From: Gemmatimonas sp.
Lineage (GTDB): Bacteria; Gemmatimonadota; Gemmatimonadetes; Gemmatimonadales; Gemmatimonadaceae
Reading direction: 5' to 3'
Length of the DNA stretch: 64,000 nt
Assembly (NCBI GenBank): GCA_965279375.1
Contig: OZ257156.1
Location: 1,888,001-1,952,000, forward strand
Shown: piece by piece, positions 34,873 to 46,079 of the stretch
Position numbering within the stretch: the first letter of the stretch is position 1
How the letters are laid out: each line of letters opens with the position of its first letter
The notes under the pieces: generated by a model
Seen by the model: the letters and a program-made list of their open reading frames with translations, nothing else
Told to the model about the DNA's origin: nothing
Database searches by the model: none
Position numbers and translations under genes: made by a program

Positions 34873-36957
34873 ATGGCGACCACCAGCAGTACCGGCACCA
34901 GCACCAGCAACATCGGTGGCATCAGCAGCGGCATTCAATGGAACGACCTCATCGACGCAACGATGGAGGCCGAGTCTTCGCGTTATGTGAAGCCGCTGAC
35001 CGACGAAATCACCAAGCGGGCCGCGCAAAAGGACGCGTGGAAGAAGCTCACGACGCTCGTGGAAACGCTGAGCGACACGGCGCGCGTTGTTCGTCGCGCC
35101 GGCTTGGGCGGCTACACTGCCACTGTCCCTCCGAGCCCGACGACGTCGCGCACTTTGTTCACGGCGCAGACCACGTTGGCAGCCTCGCCGGGACGCTATC
35201 GCGTCGAAGTGCTGCAGCTCGCGGACACCGCCAAGATTGGCGGCAAGTCCGTGTCCAATACGAACACCGCACTCGGACTCACCGGTGATCTGACGATCAA
35301 TGGTGCGTCCATTTCCGTGGCGGCGACCGACACGCTCAACGACGTACGGACCAAGATCAACAGCGCCAACACCGGCAGCACGCCGACCGGTGTGACCGCA
35401 ACCATCTTGACCGAAGGGACCACCGGCGGCCGACTCGTCCTCACGAAGGACTCGAGCGGTTCGTCCGGCATCAACATCGTGGATGGCACCGGCGGCATGG
35501 CGCGCGAACTGGGTTTCCAGGACTCGCGCTCCAAGCCCATCTCGTCCGCCGTGCAAGCCGCGGCGATGGCGATGGGACTTTCGGTCACGCCGCAACCTGC
35601 GACGATCCGCGTGGGATCGCAGGTGATCAGCGCAGACCTCTCCGTCGAATCCATCTCCGCGATCGCAGCAAAGATCAACGCTGCCGGCGGCTCGGCGTCC
35701 GTCGAGCCGGAAACGTACGGCAATCAGACGCGCTACCGCCTGGTGACAGACGGCAACGTATCTGCGGTCGTCGGCGATCCGAACAGTCAGGCCGTCATCA
35801 CCGCGCTCGGCTTCGCCGCCGGCAGCAGCGGTGACGTGCGACAGACCATCGCCTCGGGTGCGTTCACCGATAGCGCCGACGCGGTGGCCACGTCGAGCAC
35901 GCTGCTCGCCGGGATCAAGCTGGATGGTGCGTCCGCCAATCTGGCGGCGGGCGATGCCATCAACATCCGCGGCATGCGTGGCGACGGCACGGCGGTCACC
36001 ATCGGCCTGGTGATCGGCGCCGGCGATACGATGCAGACTCTCGTGGACAGGATCAACGATGCGACCAGCGGCTTCGGCTCTGGCGCACGTACCGCGTCGG
36101 CGTCGCTGGGTGCGGACGGCGTGATTCGCATGGTGGACGGCGCGGGTGGCGCATCGCGGCTGTCGCTCTCGATGAGCACGACGCGCTCCGACGGCACCAC
36201 GGGTTCGCTCGGCGCCTCGTCGGTCACGACGGTCGGGCGTTCGCGTGAGTTGCAGCAGGGACGCGATGCGATCGTCCGCGTGGACGGCAATCAGTACACG
36301 CGCAGCACCAACAACATCAGCGATGCCATCACCGGCGTGAACCTGACGTTGAGTGCAGCGGAGGCGGGCACCACGATTGATCTCACGGTCGATCGCGATG
36401 CGCAGGCGTCGGTCGATGCGGTGTCGAAGTTCAAGGACGCGTACAACGCCATTCGCACGTTCTTTGACGAACAGCGTGTGGTCAGCGCACCGCTGTATGC
36501 GAACACCGCGTTGCGCAGCGTCACGATGAATTTCAACACCGCGCTTCGGACCAACGTCGCCACCAACACGACATACTCGTCGCTGGCGGTGACGGGCCTG
36601 GCGCTCGATCGCAATGGCTACCTGCAGCTCGATCAGACCACGTTCAAGACCGCGTTGAGCAGCAAGCCGTCGGAAGTCGAGTCGCTCTTCGGCTTCACCG
36701 GCGTCGGCGGCGCGTTCGTCGCCGCGACGGACGATGTCACGCGGTTCGGCGTCGGCGCGATCAGCGCGCAGACGCAGTCCATCGACGAGGCGACGACGCG
36801 GCTCAAGCGGCGTGAGCTCGATGCGCAGAAGCGCATCGACTATCGCCGCGAGCAGTTGGTGCTGCGCTACACGGCGATGGAAACGGCGCTGGCGCGATTG
36901 CAGCAGCAGGGTTCGACGCTCACCAGTTCGGTCAAGGCTCTTAACGGATCGGCGTGA
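34873..36957 (+). CDS. fliD: Flagellar filament cap protein FliD
   Basis: GISSGI.W..LI, G.Y.VEV.QLA, GRDA...VDG...TR.TN.I.D.I.GV.L.L, C-terminal L..RY.AME.AL. Confidence 0.93.
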   Translation: MATTSSTGTSTSNIGGISSGIQWNDLIDATMEAESSRYVKPLTDEITKRAAQKDAWKKLTTLVETLSDTARVVRRAGLGGYTATVPPSPTTSRTLFTAQTTLAASPGRYRVEVLQLADTAKIGGKSVSNTNTALGLTGDLTINGASISVAATDTLNDVRTKINSANTGSTPTGVTATILTEGTTGGRLVLTKDSSGSSGINIVDGTGGMARELGFQDSRSKPISSAVQAAAMAMGLSVTPQPATIRVGSQVISADLSVESISAIAAKINAAGGSASVEPETYGNQTRYRLVTDGNVSAVVGDPNSQAVITALGFAAGSSGDVRQTIASGAFTDSADAVATSSTLLAGIKLDGASANLAAGDAINIRGMRGDGTAVTIGLVIGAGDTMQTLVDRINDATSGFGSGARTASASLGADGVIRMVDGAGGASRLSLSMSTTRSDGTTGSLGASSVTTVGRSRELQQGRDAIVRVDGNQYTRSTNNISDAITGVNLTLSAAEAGTTIDLTVDRDAQASVDAVSKFKDAYNAIRTFFDEQRVVSAPLYANTALRSVTMNFNTALRTNVATNTTYSSLAVTGLALDRNGYLQLDQTTFKTALSSKPSEVESLFGFTGVGGAFVAATDDVTRFGVGAISAQTQSIDEATTRLKRRELDAQKRIDYRREQLVLRYTAMETALARLQQQGSTLTSSVKALNGSA

Positions 36958-36969
36958 TCGTGCCGATAC
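36942..36969 (+). promoter_or_regulatory. sigma28-like internal promoter of fliS
   Basis: TAAC-N16-GCCGATAC overlapping the fliD stop, 50 bp upstream of ATG 37020. Confidence 0.55.
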
Positions 36970-37019
36970 TCTCAGTCAGCAACGCAACTCCTTCCGACAA
37001 GACCCCAGCCAACGCCCCG

Positions 37020-37415
37020 ATGTCCTACCCAAGTCAGACCTCGAGCTACCGGGAGATGGAAATCCTCTCCTCGTCGCGCGAGCGGCTCGTCGTCTTCGTG
37101 TTCGAACAGCTGGTCATCAATCTCGAGCGTGCGCGCATTGCCATGGAGCGCAACGACATCGCCATGCGCGTCACGGCGCTGCGCCGCGCGCGCGGTCTGG
37201 TGGGCGAGCTGCTGGCCACGCTCGATTTCGAGGCGGGCGGTGCGCTCGCGAACCAGCTGGCCGACCTGTACCAGTTCATGCTGGTGGAGTTGGTCGATGT
37301 GGGTCAGCGCGGCGACTTGCGCGTGATTCGGAAGCTCGTCTCCATCGCGACGCATCTGCGCGACGGCTTCGCCGGTGCAGCCGAGCAGTCGCTGCAACTG
37401 CAGAAGTCAGCCTGA
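37020..37415 (+). CDS. fliS: Flagellin export chaperone FliS
   Basis: Y....ILS.S.E.LV, EL..TLD.E.GG.LA.QL..LY.FM, LRDGF. Confidence 0.92.
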   Translation: MSYPSQTSSYREMEILSSSRERLVVFVFEQLVINLERARIAMERNDIAMRVTALRRARGLVGELLATLDFEAGGALANQLADLYQFMLVELVDVGQRGDLRVIRKLVSIATHLRDGFAGAAEQSLQLQKSA

Positions 37416-37418
37416 GTC

Positions 37419-37892
37419 ATGAACGTACTCTCGTCGTTCCGTCTGCCGGGTTTCGGTCGTAACGCCTCTCCTGCGCGTGCACAGGCGGCGCGTGAAGCGT
37501 TGGCGTTGTGTGCGTCGGCGGATGCCGCTGCGCGCGAGGCCACGGAGTCGGTTGGGGTGGATGACGATCGGTTGTTCAGCCTCCTGGAGCAGCGTGAGCA
37601 GATGTTGGCGGATCTCGCCGAGCATGTGGTGGCGCTCCGACTGGAGCGTCCGACGGCTGACAGCCCGCTCTTTGCTGCCACCGAGAAGGTGGTGGACGAC
37701 GCCGATGCACTGATCACCGAAGTATGCGACGCGCTCACCAGCTCCCATCGCACGACGATGGCGTTGGCGGCGCGGGTAGCGGAACGGACGCAGATGCTCC
37801 GCGACGAGTTGGCCGCGGTGCAGCGTGCGGGGAGCGCCGGCGTAGGCTATGGCCTGCACCAGACGCCCCACCAGATCGATCGCTTTCGCTAG
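37419..37892 (+). CDS. Helical flagellar chaperone-like protein (FliT/FlgN-like)
   Basis: Follows fliS; amphipathic helices with LLEQREQML; C-terminal GYG...ID. Family assignment is positional. Confidence 0.5.
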   Translation: MNVLSSFRLPGFGRNASPARAQAAREALALCASADAAAREATESVGVDDDRLFSLLEQREQMLADLAEHVVALRLERPTADSPLFAATEKVVDDADALITEVCDALTSSHRTTMALAARVAERTQMLRDELAAVQRAGSAGVGYGLHQTPHQIDRFR

Positions 37893-37902
37893 GGACGTCA
37901 CG

Positions 37903-38151
37903 ATGACCCTGCGACCGTCCGACACCTTCGGAGCGTTGCTCAGCGAGAAGCTCGCCGAGCTGGACGCCGCCGATGGGATGGCGTTGGAGCTGGTGCAGGA
38001 GACCGCGGTGGATCGGCTTCGGCTCGATGCGCAGCGGTCGGTGATGGCGATCGAGGGAGGACCGCTGCCCCGACAAGGGCATCGGGCCTATTGGACCCCG
38101 GCGGAAACGTCGGTGGAACCGGGACAACGGCACCTGAACATCCTGTCATAA
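37903..38151 (+). CDS. Hypothetical protein (82 aa)
   Basis: Fills the gap between the fliT-like gene and the flgM promoter; GGGA precedes ATG. Confidence 0.5.
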   Translation: MTLRPSDTFGALLSEKLAELDAADGMALELVQETAVDRLRLDAQRSVMAIEGGPLPRQGHRAYWTPAETSVEPGQRHLNILS

Positions 38152-38182
38152 TCGGCAGGCGCGTTCGTTTTCCAGAGATTGC

Positions 38183-38210
38183 TCAAGTCGAAGGCTCTGG
38201 GTGCCGATAG
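38183..38210 (+). promoter_or_regulatory. sigma28 promoter of flgM-cheY-cheZ
   Basis: TCAA-N16-GCCGATAG, 22 bp upstream of the flgM ATG. Confidence 0.75.
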
Positions 38211-38232
38211 TTCCATCAAGAGGAGGAGTCTC

Positions 38233-38541
38233 ATGCGCATCAACGGCAGCATTTTCGATCCACTGCGTCCCAAGAGCGTGACCCCGGCGGCCAACCCCGC
38301 CGTCACGCGCCCCACGGACCCGGCAGTACAGAACAGCGGCTCTCAGCCGACACGATCCGATTCCGTCCAGATCTCGGATGCGGGTCGGTCGATGGCAGGT
38401 CGGATCGAGCAGGACGCAAAGAGCACATTCGACCCCGAGCGGGTCGCGGAACTGCGGACGAAGGTCCTGACGGGAGCGTACAACACGCTCGACGTCGTGG
38501 ATCAGGTCGCGCGCCGCATCATCTCGCGCGGCGATCTCTGA
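38233..38541 (+). CDS. flgM: Anti-sigma28 factor FlgM
   Basis: DSVQISDAGR, ERVAELR..V..G.Y, VA.RI; RBS AGGAGG. Confidence 0.85.
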   Translation: MRINGSIFDPLRPKSVTPAANPAVTRPTDPAVQNSGSQPTRSDSVQISDAGRSMAGRIEQDAKSTFDPERVAELRTKVLTGAYNTLDVVDQVARRIISRGDL

Positions 38542-38598
38542 TCACTCAGAGCACGTAGCGCACTACCGATCGACCGGCAGAATCAGGAGACAGGTGTC

Positions 38599-38970
38599 AT
38601 GAAGTTTCTCGTGGTGGACGATTCCGCGACCATGCGGCGTATCGTGATCAATTCGCTTCAGCGGATCGGCTTCAGCGACACTGTCGAGGCCGGCGACGGT
38701 CAGGAAGCGCTGGCCAAGTTTGACAGCTCGATCAAGTTCGTCATTACCGACTGGAACATGCCGAATATGAGCGGCACCGAATTCACGAAGGTGCTGCGCT
38801 CACGCGAAGACGGTCGACACGTGCCGGTGCTGATGGTGACGGCCCGCTCGGTCAAGGAAGACATCCTCACCGCCATGGAGGCGGGCGTGAACAACTACAT
38901 CGTGAAGCCGTTCACCCCGGCCGTGCTCAAGGAGAAGATCGATGCACTTCTCCCGGCCGCAGCGGCGTGA
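38599..38970 (+). CDS. cheY: Chemotaxis response regulator CheY
   Basis: LVVDD.ATMRRI, DWNMPNM, VLMVT, YIVKPFT. Confidence 0.9.
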   Translation: MKFLVVDDSATMRRIVINSLQRIGFSDTVEAGDGQEALAKFDSSIKFVITDWNMPNMSGTEFTKVLRSREDGRHVPVLMVTARSVKEDILTAMEAGVNNYIVKPFTPAVLKEKIDALLPAAAA

Positions 38971-38981
38971 GGACGCAGAAA

Positions 38982-39656
38982 ATGACCAGTCCCCGAGCAC
39001 ACGAAGTGCTGTATGAATCCGAGGCCACGCTGCGGCTCGTGGATCACGAGTTGAGCGAGCTGCGGCATCAGCATACGCCGATTCGCCAGCCTGGCTTGGC
39101 CGATCTGCCGGGCATCCTCGAGCGCGCCAATTCGCAGATCCTGAACGTCCTCACGCGTCTTCGTGAGACGCGTCTTGCCCTGCAGTCGTCCGCGATCGAC
39201 AAGATCCAGGCGACGCACGACAAGATCAAGGAAGTGACCTCGGCTACCGAGGACGCCGCGATCAACATCATGGACGCGTGCGATCGCGCGTCGCAGATGG
39301 TGGATGAACTCGACGCGATCGATGCCGCATCCGAGCCGGACAAGGCGAAGGCGGGCGAGATTCGTGGCACGCTGCGCGACGAAATCTTCCTGATGATGGG
39401 CGCGTTGCAGTTCCAGGACATCACGACGCAGCAGCTGAATCACGCCTCCGCGGTGCTGGTCGAAATGGAGCAGCGACTCGCCGATGTCGCCGCGCTGTTC
39501 GATTCGAACATCGATGCGGGAACCATCGACGGCCGCTCACATGGAGTGGCTCCGGACCGGCTGACGTACGATCCGAACGCGACGGTGCAGAACGCCGAAG
39601 GGCGTCAGGCACTGGCCGACGAGATTTTCACGCCGATCAAAGCGCCTGCCGCGTAA
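38982..39656 (+). CDS. cheZ: CheZ-like phosphatase
   Basis: V..ATEDAA..IMD, ALQFQDITTQ (DxxxQ), C-terminal Q.LADEIF; follows cheY. Confidence 0.75.
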   Translation: MTSPRAHEVLYESEATLRLVDHELSELRHQHTPIRQPGLADLPGILERANSQILNVLTRLRETRLALQSSAIDKIQATHDKIKEVTSATEDAAINIMDACDRASQMVDELDAIDAASEPDKAKAGEIRGTLRDEIFLMMGALQFQDITTQQLNHASAVLVEMEQRLADVAALFDSNIDAGTIDGRSHGVAPDRLTYDPNATVQNAEGRQALADEIFTPIKAPAA

Positions 39657-39681
39657 GCTCCCCCCCGGGCGAACGCGGTAA

Positions 39682-39715
39682 CGAACGGCTCGTGCCATAC
39701 GGCGCGAGCCGTTCG
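39682..39715 (+). terminator. Stem-loop after cheZ
   Basis: CGAACGGCTCGTGCC-ATAC-GGCGCGAGCCGTTCG followed by ccgTTTT. Confidence 0.65.
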
Positions 39716-39735
39716 CCGTTTCTGCAACTCCGTAG

Positions 39736-39763
39736 TAAACCTCGCGTCATCTGCGACCGATAC
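39736..39763 (+). promoter_or_regulatory. sigma28-like promoter of the cheA operon
   Basis: TAAA-N16-ACCGATAC directly after the terminator, ~70 bp upstream of cheA. Confidence 0.7.
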
Positions 39764-39831
39764 TCTGCCATACGCAGCGCTCCGACGACGGGTGCGCCCT
39801 CAGAATTTCTCCATCCGCCCCGCGCCTCACC

Positions 39832-42117
39832 GTGTCCCCACTGACGCTTGACGATGCTGCCACGCTGCTGCTGCAGCTGGAAGCCTCCGACACTGCGGAT
39901 CTCAGCAAGCTGCGTGAAGCGCTGACCGATCTCGCCTTCGAGAATCGGGTGCCCCTGCGCGCGCAGCCCTTCGTCGCCCGCGCCGCCCGCGTCCTCGGCA
40001 CGATCATCGCCGGCACCGCCGCCGACACGGCCGTCGCCTTCACCGAGGTCAGTGAAGCGATCGAGGAAGCGATGCGGATCGATGACGCCGCGCCAAGCGG
40101 TGCGCAGATGGCCGCCGAGGTGAACGACGCGCGCCCGGACGAACCGATCGATTTCCCCGACGACGAGGACGAAGCGCCCGCACTGCCACCTGTGCGCGAG
40201 ACGCCGATGGCCAAGCCCGTCGCACCGCCCGTGACTGCGCCCGTGGTCGCGTCGGTGGCCGCGTCCGTCGCCGCGGCGCCTGTGCGCTCTCAGCAGCATG
40301 ATGCGGGCAGCGATCGCTTGCCGGACGATGCCGATCGGGACCTCATCCCGGACTTCATCACCGAAAGCCACGAGTGCGTCTCCAACTCCGAGGCCGCACT
40401 ACTGAGCCTCGAAGAGAATCCGACCGACGAAGAAGCGGTCAACACGGTCTTCCGCGCATTCCACACGGTCAAGGGAACCTCTGCGTTCCTCGGCCTCTCG
40501 CGCATCGCGGCCTTCGCGCATGAAGCGGAGTCGCTGCTGAGTCGTGTGCGCGACAAGGAAATCTCGTATACGCAGGGATGCGCGGACCTCTCGCTGCGCT
40601 CGGTGGACATGCTCAGCGCGCTGCTCGCGGCCGTGGTGACGGCGCTGGCAGGCGACGGACGTATTCCGCTGCCGCCGGGCTACCACGAGCTCCTCGACGC
40701 GCTCGCCTCGTACGATCCGGCATTGCATGCGAACGGTGTCGTGCTTGCCACGGTGTCCAGCGACGAAGCCGCGGCGGCTCCGCGTCCGGATATCGCTCCG
40801 GCGAACTACGCCGCATCGGGTTCCGCTGCCGCATCGTCGGCTGCGGCAACCGCTGCGACCGCGGCATCTGCAGCACGGCAGGCGCGTGGTGAGCCCAATA
40901 CCGACGCGACGATTCGCGTGCGCACCGATCGCCTCGATCGACTCATCGACATGGTTGGCGAGTTGGTGATCGCGCAGTCGATGATCGCTGGCGACGAATC
41001 GTTCGGCACGGGCAAGGCGCATGAGCTGCTGCGCAAGGTCACGCACTCCGGCAAGATCGTTCGCGAGCTGCAGGACCTGAGCATGTCGATGCGCATGGTG
41101 CCGCTGCGCGGCACCTTCCAGAAGCTGGCGCGCGTCGTTCGCGATACTGCGGTCAAGGCTGGCAAGCAGGTGCAGTTCGTGACCGAGGGCGAAGACGTCG
41201 AAATCGATCGTACGCTGGTGGACATCCTGGGCGATCCGCTGGTGCACATGGTGCGCAACGCGGTGGACCATGGTGTCGAGCCGCCGGAAGGTCGCGTCGC
41301 CGCTGGCAAGGCCACGACGGGCACGGTGCGCCTGTGCGCCTACCATGCGTCGGGCAACGTGGTTGTCGAGCTGATCGACGACGGTCGCGGACTCTATCGC
41401 GAGAAGCTGGTCGCCAAGGCCATCGAGAAGGGACTCATCGAATCCGACAAGGGGATGAGCGACAGCGATGTCTTCTCACTGATCTTCGCGCCGGGCTTCT
41501 CCACGGCCGAGAAGGTGACGGACATCTCCGGGCGTGGCGTGGGCATGGACGTTGTGCGACGCAACCTCGAGTCGATTCGCGGTCGCATCGACATCACGTC
41601 AGTCCCGGCCAAGGGTACCACGTTTGCGATCCGTCTCCCGCTCACGCTCGCCGTCACCGACGGCATGCTCGTGCGAGTTGGCCAGGAGCGCTTCATCGTG
41701 CCGCTCACGCACATTCATATGAGCTTCCGCCCCGAGCCGTCGATGCTCTCCACGGTCGTGGGACATGGCGAAGTGGTGCTGCTGCGCGGCGAGCTGATGC
41801 CGATCGTGCGTCTGCATCGCCTGTTCGATGTGCCGAACGCCGTCCAGAGTCCGCTCGAAGGGCTGCTCATGATCGTGGGCGACGGTAACCGCCGCACCGC
41901 ACTCCTCGTGGATGAACTCCTCGGGCAGCAGCAGGTCGTGGCCAAGACGCTTGGCGCAGCGCTCGGCAAGGTGCCGGGTGTCAGCGGCGGCGCGATCCTC
42001 GGCGATGGCCGTGTCGGGCTCATTCTCGATGTCAACGAAACCGTCGCGCTGTCGCAGAGCGACGAAGTCATACCGCTGCAACGCGATCGGGATCGCGGAC
42101 AGGACGTCGCCGCGTAG
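39832..42117 (+). CDS. cheA: Chemotaxis histidine kinase CheA
   Basis: HPt FRAFHTVKG, IRV..DRLD.L..MVGELVI, DPLVHMVRNAVDHG, DDGRG, GFSTA..VTDISGRGVGMDVV, C-terminal CheW-like domain. Confidence 0.96.
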   Translation: MSPLTLDDAATLLLQLEASDTADLSKLREALTDLAFENRVPLRAQPFVARAARVLGTIIAGTAADTAVAFTEVSEAIEEAMRIDDAAPSGAQMAAEVNDARPDEPIDFPDDEDEAPALPPVRETPMAKPVAPPVTAPVVASVAASVAAAPVRSQQHDAGSDRLPDDADRDLIPDFITESHECVSNSEAALLSLEENPTDEEAVNTVFRAFHTVKGTSAFLGLSRIAAFAHEAESLLSRVRDKEISYTQGCADLSLRSVDMLSALLAAVVTALAGDGRIPLPPGYHELLDALASYDPALHANGVVLATVSSDEAAAAPRPDIAPANYAASGSAAASSAAATAATAASAARQARGEPNTDATIRVRTDRLDRLIDMVGELVIAQSMIAGDESFGTGKAHELLRKVTHSGKIVRELQDLSMSMRMVPLRGTFQKLARVVRDTAVKAGKQVQFVTEGEDVEIDRTLVDILGDPLVHMVRNAVDHGVEPPEGRVAAGKATTGTVRLCAYHASGNVVVELIDDGRGLYREKLVAKAIEKGLIESDKGMSDSDVFSLIFAPGFSTAEKVTDISGRGVGMDVVRRNLESIRGRIDITSVPAKGTTFAIRLPLTLAVTDGMLVRVGQERFIVPLTHIHMSFRPEPSMLSTVVGHGEVVLLRGELMPIVRLHRLFDVPNAVQSPLEGLLMIVGDGNRRTALLVDELLGQQQVVAKTLGAALGKVPGVSGGAILGDGRVGLILDVNETVALSQSDEVIPLQRDRDRGQDVAA

Positions 42118-42215
42118 CGCCGTCGCCGCCAACGCTCCGATGACGGAGCTACCCAGCAACACGTCGATGGGACCGCGAGGTCCCTCGTTCCAAACACATT
42201 TTTGCCGAGCGAGCC

Positions 42216-42719
42216 ATGAGCACGCATTCCGACAGTAGCTCCGCCACCGCCACGTCTTCCCGGGCGGGCAAGTATCTCACGTTCTTCCTTGCAGGCGAAG
42301 AGTACGGGCTTGAAATCCTGAAGGTCAGCGAGATCATCGGCATGCAGCCGATCACGCGCGTGCCCCGCATGCCGGAGTTCGTGCGCGGCGTGATCAACCT
42401 GCGCGGCAAGGTCATCCCCATCACCGACCTTCGCAAGAAGTTCGGCATGGAGCAGGATGCCAACGAAGACAGCTGCATCATCGTGGTGCAGATGAAGGGG
42501 ATCCAGACCGGCATCGTCGTCGATCGCGTGAGCGAAGTCGTCGCCATCGCGGAAGGGGATATCGAAGATGCGCCGAGCTTCGGCGCCGGCATTCACACCG
42601 AATTCCTGCTCGGCATCGGCAAGCAGAACGGTCGCGTGAAGCTGCTGCTCGATATCGACAAGGTGCTGGTCACGAGCGAGTTGGAAGCGCTTGAAGCCGC
42701 CCAGTCGAACGCCGCCTGA
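42216..42719 (+). CDS. cheW: Chemotaxis coupling protein CheW
   Basis: YLTF.L..EEYG, ITRVP..P.FV.GVINLRGKVIP, GIVVDRVSEV. Confidence 0.95.
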   Translation: MSTHSDSSSATATSSRAGKYLTFFLAGEEYGLEILKVSEIIGMQPITRVPRMPEFVRGVINLRGKVIPITDLRKKFGMEQDANEDSCIIVVQMKGIQTGIVVDRVSEVVAIAEGDIEDAPSFGAGIHTEFLLGIGKQNGRVKLLLDIDKVLVTSELEALEAAQSNAA

Positions 42720-42733
42720 TCAACGGTTACCGA

Positions 42734-43573
42734 ATGCCCCCGAGCCCCATAGCGGGTGGAGCGTTCGCCGAGTGCGAGCTGACGTCAGCGCAGTTCACGC
42801 GCATCACTGAGTTGCTCTACGATCATGCGGGCATCCGCATGCGCGAGGGCAAGGAAGGGTTGGTGCGTGCGCGCCTGGCCAAGCGGCTGCGGAAGCTGGG
42901 TCTGCCCGATTTCGATGCGTATCTGACGTTCGTGATGAACGAGAAGAGCCGTACGGAATTCGCGGAGATGATCGACGCGCTCACGACGAACAAGACGAGC
43001 TTTCTGCGCGAGGTGTCGCACTTCGACTACCTGCGCGATCATGTGTTTCCCGAACTCAAGGGGCCGGTCCGCATCTGGAGCGCCGGCTGTTCCTCGGGCG
43101 AAGAGCCGTACACGCTGGCGATGCTCGCCAACGAATCGTTTGGTGCGGAAACGTCGCGTCGCGTCAAGATTCTCGCGACCGACATCAGTCATCGCGTGCT
43201 GGCGCAAGCCAAGGCCGGACAGTATCCGGCGGACACGATGTCGGATGTGCCGAGCGCGTGGATGCAGAAGTACTGGACCAAGAAGCAGGACGACGCAGGG
43301 CGTCCCGTCTCCGAAGCCGGACCGGCGCTCCGATCGCTGGTGCAATTCGCCAAGCTGAATCTGATGGAGAAGTGGCCGATGCAGGGGCCCTTCGACGCCA
43401 TCCTCTGTCGCAATGTGATGATCTATTTCGAAAAGGGCACGCAGCAGCAGTTGGTGGAGCGGTATTGGGCGTTGCTCCGCCCCGGCGGTCACCTGTTTGT
43501 TGGCCACAGTGAAAGTCTCACCGGGCTCACGCACCGTTTTCGGTACGTGCAGCCAGCCGTCTACGTGAAGTAG
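42734..43573 (+). CDS. cheR: Chemotaxis methyltransferase CheR
   Basis: TTN.T.F.RE..HF, IWSAGCSSGEEPY, ATDIS, CRNVMIYF, GHSESL. Confidence 0.96.
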   Translation: MPPSPIAGGAFAECELTSAQFTRITELLYDHAGIRMREGKEGLVRARLAKRLRKLGLPDFDAYLTFVMNEKSRTEFAEMIDALTTNKTSFLREVSHFDYLRDHVFPELKGPVRIWSAGCSSGEEPYTLAMLANESFGAETSRRVKILATDISHRVLAQAKAGQYPADTMSDVPSAWMQKYWTKKQDDAGRPVSEAGPALRSLVQFAKLNLMEKWPMQGPFDAILCRNVMIYFEKGTQQQLVERYWALLRPGGHLFVGHSESLTGLTHRFRYVQPAVYVK

Positions 43574-43574
43574 C

Positions 43575-44087
43575 ATGGGTACCACCGTCCTCAGCCGTCC
43601 GACGGAACGCGTCGTCGGCGTCGCTGATCTGAAGGTCTCGGCGGTCGCCGGCGAGCGCATCATCACGTATGCGTTGGGCAGCTGCCTGGGCATCGTGGTC
43701 TACGATCCGGTCGTGAGCGTCGCGGGCATGCTGCACGTCATGCTGCCGACGGGCACCATCGATGCGGCCAAGATGGCGGAGAAGCCGGCGATGTTCGTGG
43801 ATAGCGGCATCCCGATTCTCTTCAAGGAGTGCTACAAGCTGGGTGCGAAGAAGGAGCGCATGATCGTGAAGGTCGCGGGTGGTGCACACGCGGGCGCGTC
43901 CGAAGAGGCAGATCGATTCCAGATCGGCAAGCGCAACATGATTGCGCTGCGCAAGCTGCTCTGGAAGAACGGCGTGCTGGTGCACGCACACGATACAGGC
44001 GGGATTCAGACCTCCCGCACGATGTGGGTGGACGTCGCAACCGGCGATGTCACGCTCAAGATCAACGGCGCGGAAAGCAAGCTCTAA
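43575..44087 (+). CDS. cheD: Chemoreceptor deamidase CheD
   Basis: ALGSC, GMLHVMLP, K.AGGA, IG.RN, DTGG..SRT. Confidence 0.93.
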   Translation: MGTTVLSRPTERVVGVADLKVSAVAGERIITYALGSCLGIVVYDPVVSVAGMLHVMLPTGTIDAAKMAEKPAMFVDSGIPILFKECYKLGAKKERMIVKVAGGAHAGASEEADRFQIGKRNMIALRKLLWKNGVLVHAHDTGGIQTSRTMWVDVATGDVTLKINGAESKL

Positions 44088-44484
44088 CCGCTGCACACGG
44101 ACACTAACATGGCCTTCAACGTTCTCGTGGTGGATGACAGCGCTGTCATGCGACAGATGGTCGTCCGCACTCTCAAGATGAGCGGCCTTCCGCTGGGCAC
44201 GGTCCTCGAGGCCGCCAACGGCGAAGAGGGACTCTCGGTACTTCAGGAGCAGTGGGTGGACCTGTTGCTGCTCGACATCAACATGCCGGTGATGAACGGC
44301 GAGGAGATGTTGCGCCGACTGCGTGCGTCGCCGGAAACGGAAGCACTGCCCGTCATCGTCGTATCGACGGAAGGAAGTGAAACGCGCCTCGCAGCGCTGC
44401 ATGAGCTGGGTGCGTCGATCGTCCGCAAGCCCTTCGCGCCGGAGACCCTGCGCGACACCATCATTCGCATGACTGGAGTCTCTG

Positions 44485-46067
<1,583 letters not shown>

Positions 46068-46079
46068 GCGCTGCCTGCG

